64,000 nucleotides of DNA, taken from assembly GCA_029552065.1 (NCBI GenBank), contig JAKPEG010000068.1, positions 3,033 through 67,032 of the forward strand, in the 5' to 3' direction. The number at the start of each line of letters is the position of its first letter. Within the stretch, counting starts at the first letter, position 1. Under the pieces are notes generated by a model, which was not told the origin of the DNA, did not search any database, and worked only from the letters and a program-made list of their open reading frames with translations. Shown here in pieces: positions 8,956 through 18,295 of this stretch. The stretch comes from Actinomycetes bacterium. Its GTDB lineage: Bacteria; Actinomycetota; Actinomycetes; Actinomycetales; Dermatophilaceae. The position numbers and the translations under genes are program-made.

Positions 8956-10586
8956 AGGTCGTCGGCGTCGACGATGCGGTAGGCGTAGCCCTGCTCGGCG
9001 AGGAAGCGCTGCCGGTGGGCGGCGAAGTCGGCGTCGACCGTGTCCCGGGAGACGATCGTATAGAAGTGCGCGGTGCGGCCGTCGACCTTGGGCCGCAGCA
9101 GGCGGCCGAGCCGCTGGGCCTCCTCCTGGCGTGAGCCAAAGGTGCCCGACACCTGGACCGCCACCGAGGCTTCGGGCAGGTCGATCGAGAAGTTCGCGAC
9201 CTTGCTCACGACGAGCACGGGCACCTCGCCGGCCCGGAAGGCGTCGAAGAGCCGTTGGCGTTCCCGGACGGTCGTCTCGCCGGTGATGAGGGGGGCGTCC
9301 AATCGGCCTGCAAGGGTGGCGAGTTGGTCGAGATACTGGCCGATGACGAGGGCGGGCTCGCCGGTATGCCGCGCGAGCAGGCGTTCGACGACTCGGTCCT
9401 TCTCCGTCGTGCAGCTCGCGAGCCGGTAGCGCTCGTCCGGCTCGGCCATCGCATAGACGAGCCGCTCCCGCTCGGGCACCGTCACTCGCACCTCGACACA
9501 GTCGGCCGGGGCGATCCACCCCTGGGCCTCGATGTCCTTCCACGGGGCGTCGAAGCGTTTGGGCCCGATGAGCGAGAAGACGTCGGACTCGCGGCCGTCC
9601 TCGCGCACGAGGGTGGCGGTGAGGCCGAGTCGACGGCGTGCCTGCAGATCGGCGGTCATCCGGAAGATCGGTGCCGGCAACAGGTGGACCTCGTCGTAGA
9701 CGATGAGCCCCCAGTCGCGGGCGTCGAGCAGTTCCAGGTGCGGATAGGCACCCTTCCGGCGGACCGTGAGGACCTGATACGTCGCTATCGTCACCGGTCG
9801 GATGTCCTTGCGGGCACCGGAGTACTCGCCGATCTCCGCCTCGGTCAACGAGGTACGGCGCAGGAGTTCGTCGCGCCACTGCCGGGCTGCGACCGTGTTG
9901 GTCACGAGGACGAGGGTCGTCGCCTGGGCCTGCGCCATGGCAGCCGCCCCGACGATCGTCTTGCCCGCCCCACACGGGAGCACGACGACGCCCGAGCCGC
10001 CGTGCCAGAAGCTCTCCGCCGCGTGCCGCTGATAGGACCGCAGCGCCCAGCCCTCCTCCCGCAGCGCGATCGGGTGGGCCTCGCCGTCGACGTAGCCGGC
10101 GAGGTCCTCGGCCGGCCAGCCGATCTTGAGCAATGCCTGCTTGAGGTGTCCCCGCTCGGACGGGTGGACGAGCACCGTGTCGGCGTCTATCCGGGCACCG
10201 AGCAGCGGCTGGATCCGCTTGTGCCGCAACACTTCCTCGAGCACGGGTCGGTCCGAGGTGTGCAGGACCAGGCCGTGGACGGGGTCCTTCTCGAGGGTGA
10301 GCCGCCCATAGCGCGACATCGTGTCGGCGATGTCGACGAGCAACGCCTGGGGGACGGCATAGCGGCTGTGCCGCAGAAGGGCGTCGACGACCTGCTCGGC
10401 ATCGTGGCCCGCGGCCCGGGCGTTCCACAGGCCCAGGGGCGTCACGCGATAGGTGTGCACGTGCTCGGGGGCGCGTTCCAACTCGGCGAAAGGCGCGACG
10501 TCGCGCCGCGCCTGCTCGGCCTGCGGGTGGTCGACTTCGAGGAGCAGGGTCTTGTCGCTCTGGACGATGAGGGGGCCGTCGGTCAT
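8952..10586 (-). CDS. xpb: XPB/Ssl2/ERCC3-type SF2 DNA helicase
   Basis: 544 aa. The N-terminal damage-recognition-like domain begins MTDGPLIVQSDKTLLLEVDHP. Walker A is VVLPCGAGKT, the DEAH-type box is VYDEVHLL, followed by GLTATLVRED and a C-terminal RecA2 domain. It resembles the mycobacterial XPB architecture. Confidence 0.92.
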   Translation of the reverse strand: MTDGPLIVQSDKTLLLEVDHPQAEQARRDVAPFAELERAPEHVHTYRVTPLGLWNARAAGHDAEQVVDALLRHSRYAVPQALLVDIADTMSRYGRLTLEKDPVHGLVLHTSDRPVLEEVLRHKRIQPLLGARIDADTVLVHPSERGHLKQALLKIGWPAEDLAGYVDGEAHPIALREEGWALRSYQRHAAESFWHGGSGVVVLPCGAGKTIVGAAAMAQAQATTLVLVTNTVAARQWRDELLRRTSLTEAEIGEYSGARKDIRPVTIATYQVLTVRRKGAYPHLELLDARDWGLIVYDEVHLLPAPIFRMTADLQARRRLGLTATLVREDGRESDVFSLIGPKRFDAPWKDIEAQGWIAPADCVEVRVTVPERERLVYAMAEPDERYRLASCTTEKDRVVERLLARHTGEPALVIGQYLDQLATLAGRLDAPLITGETTVRERQRLFDAFRAGEVPVLVVSKVANFSIDLPEASVAVQVSGTFGSRQEEAQRLGRLLRPKVDGRTAHFYTIVSRDTVDADFAAHRQRFLAEQGYAYRIVDADDL

Positions 10587-10610
10587 GGTGCGCTCGGATC
10601 CGGTGCCGAC

Positions 10611-11234
10611 TCAGCGGCTCCGCCACCACCAGACGAAGGCGACGAGCAGCACCGCTCCCACGACGGCGTTGACGGCGAAGACGATCCAGCCGGTCTTGGC
10701 CTGCTCGATCGCACCTGCGTGGTCGACGGCGTTGCGGCGCAGGGCGAGGATCGCGATGACCGCGCTCGGCGGGCCGATGATCCCCGTGGCGAAGATCGCG
10801 AGCACCGAGGCGGCGAGCAGGGCGACGGCCGGGACGTTGGTCGGGGCCACGGCGATCGCGCCCGGCACTCCCGCACCGCTCGCCCAGGGCGGACGCGGGT
10901 AGCCCTGGGCGGGCGGGTAACCCTGGGTGGGCGGGTATGCCGGCGCAGTCGGGTATGCCGCCACGGGCCAGGGTGCCCCACCCGGCGGTGGGTACTCCTG
11001 GGCGGGTGCGGGGGCCTCGGGGGGTGGTGGCGCCGGCGGCGGCACGGTGGCGGTGTCGGGCTGGCTGTCGGGTGCGGTCGGCGGTCGGAACGAGGGCGGT
11101 ACCCACGACCGATGGGGCGAGGGGTCGAAGGCGGGTCGCGTGCCGGACGCAGGAGGTCCGGGCGGGGCCGGTGGCGGCCCGGCAGTGCCGGGCGGCGCGG
11201 CCGGGTCGAAGGTCCGCTCCTCCTGCTCGCTCAT
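10611..11234 (-). CDS. Pro-rich membrane protein (DUF4190-like C-terminal TM domain)
   Basis: 207 aa. The N-terminal roughly 120 aa are Pro/Ala/Tyr-rich (PAYPPTQGYPPAQGYPRPP). The C-terminus has three hydrophobic helices (VPAVALLAASVLAIFATGIIG...WIVFAVNAVVGAVLLVAFVWWW). Confidence 0.7.
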   Translation of the reverse strand: MSEQEERTFDPAAPPGTAGPPPAPPGPPASGTRPAFDPSPHRSWVPPSFRPPTAPDSQPDTATVPPPAPPPPEAPAPAQEYPPPGGAPWPVAAYPTAPAYPPTQGYPPAQGYPRPPWASGAGVPGAIAVAPTNVPAVALLAASVLAIFATGIIGPPSAVIAILALRRNAVDHAGAIEQAKTGWIVFAVNAVVGAVLLVAFVWWWRSR

Positions 11235-11354
11235 CTGCGCATGCTCCTTGTCCTCGCCGCGAGACTACCCGCTCACCGCGGGGCTCAGGGGCACCCCCAC
11301 GGCTGCGAGAATGGACCGACGGGGCCGCAGGAGCGCCCGGGAACGGGAGTCGGC

Positions 11355-12287
11355 ATGCGAACGCCCCAGGTCGAGCAAGCCGCTGGTCTGCCCGAGCGGG
11401 TGACCGTCTACGAGGTGGGCGCCCGCGACGGACTCCAGAACGAGGCCACCGTCGTGCCGGCCACGGTGAAGGCCGAGCTCATCCGGCGGCTCGGTGCCGC
11501 GGGGCTGCCGGTCGTCGAGACCACCTCCTTCGTCAACCCGGCCTGGGTGCCTCAGCTCGCCGACGCGGCCGAGGTGCTCGCGCTGCTCGGCCCCGAGGGC
11601 ACCGGGCGGGACCGACCGGTGCTCGTGCCCAACGTTCGCGGGCTCGACCGGGCGCTCGAGTCCGGGTGCGGGGCGATCGCGATCTTCGGCAGTGCGACCG
11701 AGACCTTCGCCCAACGGAACCTCGGCCGCTCGATCGCCGAGTCGGTGGCGATGTTCGCCCCGGTCGTCGAGCGGGCGCTCGCGGCGGACCTGTGGGTGCG
11801 GGCCTACGTCTCGATGTGCTTCGGCGACCCGTGGGAGGGCGACGTGGCAGTCGGCCAAGTCGTCGACGTCGCTCGCCGACTCATGGACCTGGGTTGCCAC
11901 GAGTTGAGCCTCGGCGACACGATCGGGGTCGCGACGACCGGACAGGTGCCGGCTCTGCTCGACGCCCTCGACGCGGCCGGGATCGGCCGCGAGGTCGTCG
12001 CCGTGCACTTCCACGACACCTACGGCCAGGCCCTGGCCAACACCTTCGCCGCTCTGCGCGAGGGGGTGGCCACCGTCGATTCCTCTGCCGGCGGGCTGGG
12101 CGGCTGCCCCTATGCGAAGTCGGCGACCGGCAACCTCGCCACCGAGGACCTCGTGTGGGCGCTGCACGGAGCCGGGGTGTCGACCGGCATCGACCTCGAG
12201 GCGCTCGTCGCCACGAGCACCTGGTTGGCCGAACGTCTCGGCCGACCCTCGCCCTCGCGGGTGGTCGCGGCGCTCGCCGCCGGCTGA
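11355..12287 (+). CDS. hydroxymethylglutaryl-CoA lyase
   Basis: This is the C-terminal 310 aa of the artefactual track ORF 9255..12287. It starts MRTPQVEQAAGLPERVTVYEVGARDGLQNE (the EVGxRDGLQ signature) and later has HFHDTYGQALAN and GGLGGCPYA. Confidence 0.9.
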   Translation: MRTPQVEQAAGLPERVTVYEVGARDGLQNEATVVPATVKAELIRRLGAAGLPVVETTSFVNPAWVPQLADAAEVLALLGPEGTGRDRPVLVPNVRGLDRALESGCGAIAIFGSATETFAQRNLGRSIAESVAMFAPVVERALAADLWVRAYVSMCFGDPWEGDVAVGQVVDVARRLMDLGCHELSLGDTIGVATTGQVPALLDALDAAGIGREVVAVHFHDTYGQALANTFAALREGVATVDSSAGGLGGCPYAKSATGNLATEDLVWALHGAGVSTGIDLEALVATSTWLAERLGRPSPSRVVAALAAG

Positions 12288-12315
12288 CCGCGGTCCGCTC
12301 GCAGTCTGATCCCGG

Positions 12316-14685
12316 TCAGCTCGCCGCGACACCCGTGATCCGGTGCAGGAGGAAGACCTGCTCGCCCTCGGACTCGCCGGACACGGCATACAGCCGTCCG
12401 CCGTCGAGCCGGACCGGCCGCACGAGGTGACGCGCGGTGCGGCCGTTGCCGTCGGCATAGCCGAGCCAGACCGCCCTCGAGTCGGACACCGCCAGGCGCA
12501 GCACCGCGGAGGTCGTCGCCGGGTCGGTCGCGAGCGCGCCGGCGGGGGTTCGGGCGGCCGCCGGACGGGCGGGGGCGCGTCGCACGGCCGCGACGACGGC
12601 GGCGGCGAGCTCCCGGTCGACGTCGAGGGCCCCGGGGGTCGGCAGGCCTGGGCGACGACCACGGGAGCGGCGGCGGGGCGGTTCGGCGACGACCAGGCTG
12701 CCGTCGAACGCCTCCTGCGCCGGGGCGTAGCCGCCGTCGCGGAGCAGGTCGAGCAGGACGCGTGGCTCGGCCGAGGAGACGAGCACCGTCGGCGCGAGCC
12801 GGCGCAGCATGGCCGGCGCGAGGGCGCGATCGGCGAGCATCGTCGCGAGGGTCGCCTCGTCGTCGCTGCGCAGGTATGCCGTCGCGCCGCCCACGCGCGC
12901 CTGCCCGTGTCGGCGGCCGGTGTCGCGCACGAGGTAGTCGACCGGCTGCGGGACGGGGGTCCGGCTGAATCGTCGGAGTGCATCGAGCAGGTCCTCGGCC
13001 GTCCACCCGGCGTCGAAGGCCCGGCGGACCGACGCGGGGGTCAACCGCAGGACGGTCGCACCGCCGCGAGACTCGACGTCCGACACCAGCCGGACGAACC
13101 TGCCGAGCTCGCCCTCCAGCGGCCCGGGGGCCACGAGGGTGAGGTCGGCCTGGACGAGGACGTGATCGACTGCGGCCGGCAGGGCGACGAGGTCGGCCAG
13201 CTGCTCGTCCTGGGCGCGCCCGGCGAGCGCTCGGCCTGCGCGGGTGAGCGTGCCGAGCGCCGTGACCCCGAGCCATTCCGCCTCGCGCAGGACGACCGCA
13301 AGCCCGGCGGCGGTGGCGCGGGGGTCCCGCAGCGGCCGGTTCCAGGCGAGCGCGGACGACAGGGACGCGCCGTCGAACGCGGTCCCGGCCTCGGCCCGCC
13401 CGACCTCGGCGAGGACGTCGGCGCGCAGCGCCCGGATCGGTGGCCAGGCGCCGTCGGGAGCGAGGGTGAGGCCCTGTCGGCGGATCCCGCCGGGCGCACG
13501 TGAGGTGCGGGTCACCGGCCCGAGCGCCGGCGCCGAGCTGCCGGCGGTGTCCTCGGGCGGAGCTTCCTGGGCCGTCCGCCGAGTGACATAGGCGGCCGCG
13601 CGTGCGGTGTCCCGCCATGCCCGGGCGAGCAGCGCCCAGCGCTCCCCGGGCGCGCGCGCGGCCCAGATGTCCGCCTCCGGGGTGGGCGCCCACGCCGGCG
13701 TGTGCCCGCCATCGTCGGCCACGAGGCCCGCCCCTAGCGCGAGCTCGGCGACGAAGGCGGCCTGTTCCTCGGGCAGGTCGAGGGTGCGGGCGAGGGCCGC
13801 GAGGTCGCGGACGGCGAGTCCGCCCGTGCGCAGCACCCGCGGCGGCTCGGCCGACCAGTGGTCGACGAGTCCGTGGACGGCGTCGACGCAGTCGCGTCCC
13901 GCTGCCCCGCCGGCTCGCTCGACCGCCTCGGCGTCCACGGCCCGCGACGTGGCTGGTGGAGGGTCGAGCAGCGGCTCACGGTGCAGCCGGCCTCCGCGCA
14001 GGGCCAGCGCGACCTCGCGGACCAGCGTGACGTGTCCCAGCCCGCTCGGGGCCAGGACACCCCGTTCGACGAGCCAGCCCGCGGCCTCGTGGGTGGGCCC
14101 GCTCGGGGGTACCGAGCCGGTCGGGGGCCCCCAGGTGAGCGAGTCGAGGACCGCCCGAGCCTGCGGGGGCGCCGCCTCGAGCAACTCGGCGAGCTGGGCG
14201 GCGTCGGGTGGGGTGTGCGCGGCATACCGTGGGTCGACGTTCGCTGCCGGCTGACCGAGGCCGGCCGGGTGGGGGCCGAGCACCTGGGCGACCTCGCCGA
14301 CGACCCGCCATCCCCCGTCGGTGGGCCAGACGAGCGCGAGCCCGCGCAGCCGCTCGAGTCCGGGCTCGACGGCGGCGGGATCTGCGCCGAGGAGGGCGGC
14401 GATGGACCGGGTCGCGGCGGGCGCGCGGTCGGCTGCCACGACCACCCCCAGGAGGACCTGCAGGGTCCCCGCGTCGAGGCGTTCGACGGCCCGGTGGACG
14501 CTGCCGCGGGTGGCGGCTCGGGCGGCCAGGGCGGCGAGGTCGGCCGGTGCCGGGCGGGCGAGGTCGGGTCGGTCGACGAGCAGGGCGACGAGTTCGTCGT
14601 CCGAGCGCTCGCTCACCTCCTCGGCGAAGGTGCGCACGGGCAGCCCCGACCCGGTATGCCGGGTGGCCCCCTGTGCGCGTGCCAT
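12316..14685 (-). CDS. helicase-associated domain protein (conserved actinobacterial partner of XPB)
   Basis: 789 aa from ATG 14685 (MARAQGATRHTGSGLPVRTFAEEVSERSDDELVALLVDRPDLARP...). Ala/Leu/Arg-rich with high GC3 throughout. The family call rests on its size, N-terminal sequence and linkage to XPB. Confidence 0.68.
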   Translation of the reverse strand: MARAQGATRHTGSGLPVRTFAEEVSERSDDELVALLVDRPDLARPAPADLAALAARAATRGSVHRAVERLDAGTLQVLLGVVVAADRAPAATRSIAALLGADPAAVEPGLERLRGLALVWPTDGGWRVVGEVAQVLGPHPAGLGQPAANVDPRYAAHTPPDAAQLAELLEAAPPQARAVLDSLTWGPPTGSVPPSGPTHEAAGWLVERGVLAPSGLGHVTLVREVALALRGGRLHREPLLDPPPATSRAVDAEAVERAGGAAGRDCVDAVHGLVDHWSAEPPRVLRTGGLAVRDLAALARTLDLPEEQAAFVAELALGAGLVADDGGHTPAWAPTPEADIWAARAPGERWALLARAWRDTARAAAYVTRRTAQEAPPEDTAGSSAPALGPVTRTSRAPGGIRRQGLTLAPDGAWPPIRALRADVLAEVGRAEAGTAFDGASLSSALAWNRPLRDPRATAAGLAVVLREAEWLGVTALGTLTRAGRALAGRAQDEQLADLVALPAAVDHVLVQADLTLVAPGPLEGELGRFVRLVSDVESRGGATVLRLTPASVRRAFDAGWTAEDLLDALRRFSRTPVPQPVDYLVRDTGRRHGQARVGGATAYLRSDDEATLATMLADRALAPAMLRRLAPTVLVSSAEPRVLLDLLRDGGYAPAQEAFDGSLVVAEPPRRRSRGRRPGLPTPGALDVDRELAAAVVAAVRRAPARPAAARTPAGALATDPATTSAVLRLAVSDSRAVWLGYADGNGRTARHLVRPVRLDGGRLYAVSGESEGEQVFLLHRITGVAAS

Positions 14686-14811
14686 CGCGCCATCCTCCCA
14701 GAGTGACGAATCAGGGCGACACGCCCCCACCCGGCCCGGATAGGCTTGGCCCCGTCACGCGTATGCGTGGGGGTGCCGGACCGCCCGGCCGACGAGCATG
14801 AGGTGAGACGG

Positions 14812-15207
14812 GTGCCCACAGGCAAGGTGAAGTGGTACGACGCGGAGAAGGGCTTCGGCTTCCTCTCCGACGACGAGGGCGGCGACGTCTTCCTGCACGC
14901 CAACGCGCTGCCCGCCGGGGTGACCACGCTCAAGGGCGGCACCCGGGTCGAGTTCGGGATCGTCGAGGGCCGGCGCGGCGCCCAGGCGCTGCAGGTCAAG
15001 GTGCTCGAACCGGCCCCCTCGGTGGCCGCGTCGCAGCGAGCCGCTCACCGCAAGCCGACCGAGGACATGGTCGTCATCGTCGAGGACCTCATCAAGCTGC
15101 TCGACAACACCTCCGAGTCGCTGCGTCGGGGCAAGTACCCCGACAAGGGGCACGCCCAGAAGGTCGCGAGCGTCCTGCGAGCCGTCGCGGCCGACCTGGA
15201 GGCCTGA
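14812..15207 (+). CDS. cold-shock-domain protein with C-terminal extension (CspB-like)
   Basis: GTG at 14812 is preceded by GAGGTGA. The sequence VPTGKVKWYDAEKGFGFLSDDEGGDVFLH carries RNP1/RNP2-like motifs. 131 aa. Confidence 0.85.
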   Translation: MPTGKVKWYDAEKGFGFLSDDEGGDVFLHANALPAGVTTLKGGTRVEFGIVEGRRGAQALQVKVLEPAPSVAASQRAAHRKPTEDMVVIVEDLIKLLDNTSESLRRGKYPDKGHAQKVASVLRAVAADLEA

Positions 15208-15209
15208 GC

Positions 15210-15968
15210 GTGGCGGTGAAGAACGACTCGACCCTGTCCGCGGCCCTCGACCTGGCCCGCGAGGCGGCCGAGGCGATCGCCGAGCCCGGTGCCGTCGGCG
15301 AACACGTCGACTGTGTGATGGAGGCCGAGCACCTGGCGACGCACTATTTCGCGTGTGCCCATCCGGCATACGTCGGTTGGCGTTGGTCGGTGAGCGTCGC
15401 GCGGGCGCCCCGGCAGAAGTTCGCGACCGTGTGCGAGACCTCGCTCGTGCCCGGGGAGGGCGCGATCCTTGCCCCCGAGTGGGTCCCGTATGCCGCGCGG
15501 ATCGCCCCGGGCGACCTCGGCGCGGGCGACGTGCTGCCCTACCGCGAGGTCGACCCGCTCCTGCAGGCTGGCTTCGAGGCGACCGGCGACGAGGAAGCCG
15601 ACGCCCTTGCACTCGACGAGCTGGGGCTCGGTCGCAAGCGCGTCCTCTCGCTCGAAGGCCGCGAGGCTGCCGCCGAGCGGTGGTATTCCGGCGGCCACGG
15701 CCCCCGTGCCGAGGTGGCCGAGAAGGCCACCGAGCGGTGCACGACGTGCGGCTACTTCCTCCCGCTCGCGGGGGCGCTGCGGCGCACCTTCGGGGTGTGC
15801 GCGAACGAATGGTCGCCCTCGGACGGGCGGGTCGTGAGCCTCGATCACGGCTGCGGGGCGCACTCCGAGGTCGAGGTGGAGCCGGTCGCCGCCGCGGCGT
15901 CGGCCCAGCCGATCCTCGACGACTTCGTCCTCGACGTGGAGCCCCGGGAGCTCGAATCCGCCGAGTGA
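15210..15968 (+). CDS. DUF3027-domain protein
   Basis: GTG at 15210, 3 nt after the csp stop. 252 aa. The Cys-rich C-terminal half (CTTCGYFLPLAGALRRTFGVCANEWSPSDGRVVSLDHGCGAHSE) is characteristic of the family, as is its linkage to the csp gene. Confidence 0.75.
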   Translation: MAVKNDSTLSAALDLAREAAEAIAEPGAVGEHVDCVMEAEHLATHYFACAHPAYVGWRWSVSVARAPRQKFATVCETSLVPGEGAILAPEWVPYAARIAPGDLGAGDVLPYREVDPLLQAGFEATGDEEADALALDELGLGRKRVLSLEGREAAAERWYSGGHGPRAEVAEKATERCTTCGYFLPLAGALRRTFGVCANEWSPSDGRVVSLDHGCGAHSEVEVEPVAAAASAQPILDDFVLDVEPRELESAE

Positions 15969-15974
15969 CGCGCG

Positions 15975-16004
15975 CCTGACGGCTCCGGTGCGGAGCCGGT
16001 CAGG
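15975..16004. terminator. GC-rich hairpin between convergent genes (candidate bidirectional terminator)
   Basis: CCTGACGGCTCCG-gtg-CGGAGCCGGTCAGG: a 13/14-nt stem with one bulge. It lies between the DUF3027 stop (15968) and the DUF2530 stop (16000). No U-tract. Confidence 0.5.
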
Positions 16005-16218
16005 CCTCGGCCGCGTTGCCCCGGCCGCGTCGCAGGTAGACCCAGCCGAGCAGCCCGAAGCCCACACCGGCGGCCGCACACCACGGCCACCAGGAGCGCT
16101 CACCCGCGTGCCAGTCTGGCACGAGCAGGAGCGCAGCAAGGACGAGTGCCCACACGGCCGTGCCGACCTCGACGACCCTCCTGGTCGACACCCGCATCGG
16201 TCGCAACTGCTCGCTCAT
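16000..16218 (-). CDS. small two-TM membrane protein (DUF2530-like)
   Basis: 72 aa: MSEQLRPMRVSTRRVVEVGTAVWALVLAALLLVPDWHAGERSWWPWCAAAGVGFGLLGWVYLRRG. ATGA overlap with the upstream permease stop at 16215-16218. Confidence 0.6.
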   Translation of the reverse strand: MSEQLRPMRVSTRRVVEVGTAVWALVLAALLLVPDWHAGERSWWPWCAAAGVGFGLLGWVYLRRGRGNAAEA

Positions 16219-17171
16219 CGGGCTTCGCGTTCGTAGGGGGTACCGAGGGCGTCGGGGGCGGACAGCCTGCGGCTGGACCAACCGGCCGACACGACGACGA
16301 GCACGATCACCGTCATGAGGTAGGGAATGGAGTCGAGGATCTCGGGCGCGATCGCCACGCCGCGGGCCTGAAGGATGAGGCTGAGGCTCGAGAGGGCGCC
16401 GAACAGGTAGGCGCCGACCATCGTCCAGGTCGGCCGCCAGAAGCCGAAGATCACCAGGGCCAGGGCGATCCAGCCACGGCCGGCGGTCATCCCGTCGACC
16501 CACGTGGGGACGATCGAGAGGGAGAACGAGATGCCGGCGAGGCCGGCGAACGCGCCGCCGACGAGGGTGTGGACATAGCGCGTGCGGATGACGTCGAGGC
16601 CCATCGCATCGGCCGTCGAGGGCGATTCCCCGACCGATCGGAGGTTGAGGCCGGCGCGGGTGCGGAAGAGATACCACGAGCAGACCGCGACCAGGATCCA
16701 GGACAAGTAGGTGAGCAGGGTCTGGTCGAAGAGCAGCGGCCCGACGATCGGCAGGTCCTTGAGGCCGAACAGGTTCATCGGGCCGAACTGGTGCGGGACG
16801 GGGTCCTTGAGCTTCCACACGTTCGCGAGATAGGACGACAGGCCCGCGGCGCCGGCAAGGATCGTGAGGGCCAGGCCGCTCACCGTCTGGTTGACCCGCA
16901 GCGTGATGGTGACGAAGGCGTGCAGGAGGGCCGTGAGGGCGCTGGCGGCCATCGCCCCGAGCAGGGCGACGAGCAGGACGAGCCACCCGGCACCGGGCAT
17001 CCGCGCGGAGATGAACGAGCCGACGACGGCGCCCATGAGCATCATGCCCTCGACGCCGAGGTTGAGCACCCCGGAGCGCTCGGCGAGCACCTCCCCGAGT
17101 GCGGCGAAGAGCAGTGGCGTCCCGTAGAAGATCGCCGAGACGGCGATGACGATGACGAGGCTGTCGTTCAT
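16215..17171 (-). CDS. ABC transporter permease (BMP/nucleoside-type system, second permease)
   Basis: This is the last 318 aa of track ORF 16215..18356 (MNDSLVIVIAVSAIFYGTPLLFAALGEVLAERSGVLNLGVEGMM...). It is polytopic. ATGA overlap with the upstream permease (17168-17171). Confidence 0.88.
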   Translation of the reverse strand: MNDSLVIVIAVSAIFYGTPLLFAALGEVLAERSGVLNLGVEGMMLMGAVVGSFISARMPGAGWLVLLVALLGAMAASALTALLHAFVTITLRVNQTVSGLALTILAGAAGLSSYLANVWKLKDPVPHQFGPMNLFGLKDLPIVGPLLFDQTLLTYLSWILVAVCSWYLFRTRAGLNLRSVGESPSTADAMGLDVIRTRYVHTLVGGAFAGLAGISFSLSIVPTWVDGMTAGRGWIALALVIFGFWRPTWTMVGAYLFGALSSLSLILQARGVAIAPEILDSIPYLMTVIVLVVVSAGWSSRRLSAPDALGTPYEREAR

Positions 17172-18295
17172 GCCGCCTTCGCTTCCGCTTCGCCGGTGGA
17201 CGCCCGACGTCGGTTGCCCAGGCGCACCCGGTAGCGGGTGAGGAATTCGCCCGACACCGCGCTGAACAGCAGCAGGCCCTGGAGCACCCCGACCAGGCCT
17301 GCCGGGAATGACTCGCCCTGGAGCGAGCGCCCGGCGTTGGCGAGGGCCCCGAGCAGGAGGGAGACGGGGACGACCGCGATCGAGTTCCATCGGGCGAGGG
17401 CCGCGACGACGATCCCCGTGTAGCCGTAGCCGGTCTGCCCGAGCCCCTTGGGATCGAGGGTATGCCGGATGTCCCCGACGTCGCTCGCCCCACCGAGCCC
17501 GGCGAGGGCGCCCGAGAGCGTCATCACCGCGAGCGACGTGCCGCGGACGCTGATGCCGGCATACCGGGCCGCCTCGGGGGAGTCGCTCACGACGCCGACC
17601 TCGAAGCCGAAGCGGGTGTAGCGGTAGAGCGCCCAGAGTCCGACCGCGGCGAGGGTCCCGAGGACGAAGCCGAGCGGGATGCTCAGCCCACCGCCGCCGA
17701 AGGCGGGCCACACGGCGTCCTCGCCGATCGGCCGACCCTGGGGGAAGACCCGACCGGTGCCGGTGAGCAGCCGCCAGAAGGACTCGGAACCGAAGATGAG
17801 GTAGGAGGCGATGTTGGCCGCGACGTAGTTGAGCATGAGCGTCGTGATGACCTCGTTGGTGCCGAACCGCACCTTGAAGTAGCCCGGGATCGCTGCCCAA
17901 AGTCCGCCGGTGAGCATGCCGGCGACGATCATGAGCGGCACGGTGACGAGTGCGCTCGATCCGTCGAGCGCCAGGCCGATGCCCGAGGCGGCGACCGCAC
18001 CGAGGACGAACTGTCCCTGGCCGCCGATGTTGAACAGGCCCATCTTGAAGGCGGCGGCAGCGGCCAGACCCGTGAGCAGCAGCGGCGTGGCCGCGACGAT
18101 CGTGTCGGTCCACGCGCCGACCGAGCCCATCGATCGCTCGACGATCCGGCTGTAGGAGGCCATTGCGTCGTTCCCGCTCAGGGTGATGACGATCGCGCCG
18201 AGGATCGCCGCGACGGCGATGCTGCCCAGTGGCACGGCGAAGGACAACCACCGGGGGCGCACGAGTCGGGGCTCGAGGCGCAGCAGCCGGTTCAT
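17168..18295 (-). CDS. ABC transporter permease (BMP/nucleoside-type system, first permease)
   Basis: 375 aa, polytopic (FNIGGQGQFVLGAVAA...). ATGA overlap with the ATPase stop (18292-18295). Confidence 0.88.
   Translation of the reverse strand: MNRLLRLEPRLVRPRWLSFAVPLGSIAVAAILGAIVITLSGNDAMASYSRIVERSMGSVGAWTDTIVAATPLLLTGLAAAAAFKMGLFNIGGQGQFVLGAVAASGIGLALDGSSALVTVPLMIVAGMLTGGLWAAIPGYFKVRFGTNEVITTLMLNYVAANIASYLIFGSESFWRLLTGTGRVFPQGRPIGEDAVWPAFGGGGLSIPLGFVLGTLAAVGLWALYRYTRFGFEVGVVSDSPEAARYAGISVRGTSLAVMTLSGALAGLGGASDVGDIRHTLDPKGLGQTGYGYTGIVVAALARWNSIAVVPVSLLLGALANAGRSLQGESFPAGLVGVLQGLLLFSAVSGEFLTRYRVRLGNRRRASTGEAEAKAA

Noticed and set aside
7480-11106. Very long track ORF (1208 aa, minus strand) and similar giants: 9255..12287 N-terminal part, 5684..7306, 29406..31331, 49307..51421, 16000..17493, 62692..63987.
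   Set aside because: Their translations are Arg/Pro/Gly/Ala-rich low-complexity strings. They lie antisense to, or out of frame with, genes that have clear family signatures. This is the usual stop-codon-poor artefact of about 70% G+C DNA.
12281-12318. GCTGACCG...CGGTCAGC inverted repeat between the HMG-CoA lyase and the helicase-associated gene, as a terminator.
   Set aside because: The stem is only 8 bp with a 22-nt loop, and both arms overlap the two stop-codon regions. This is too weak to call.
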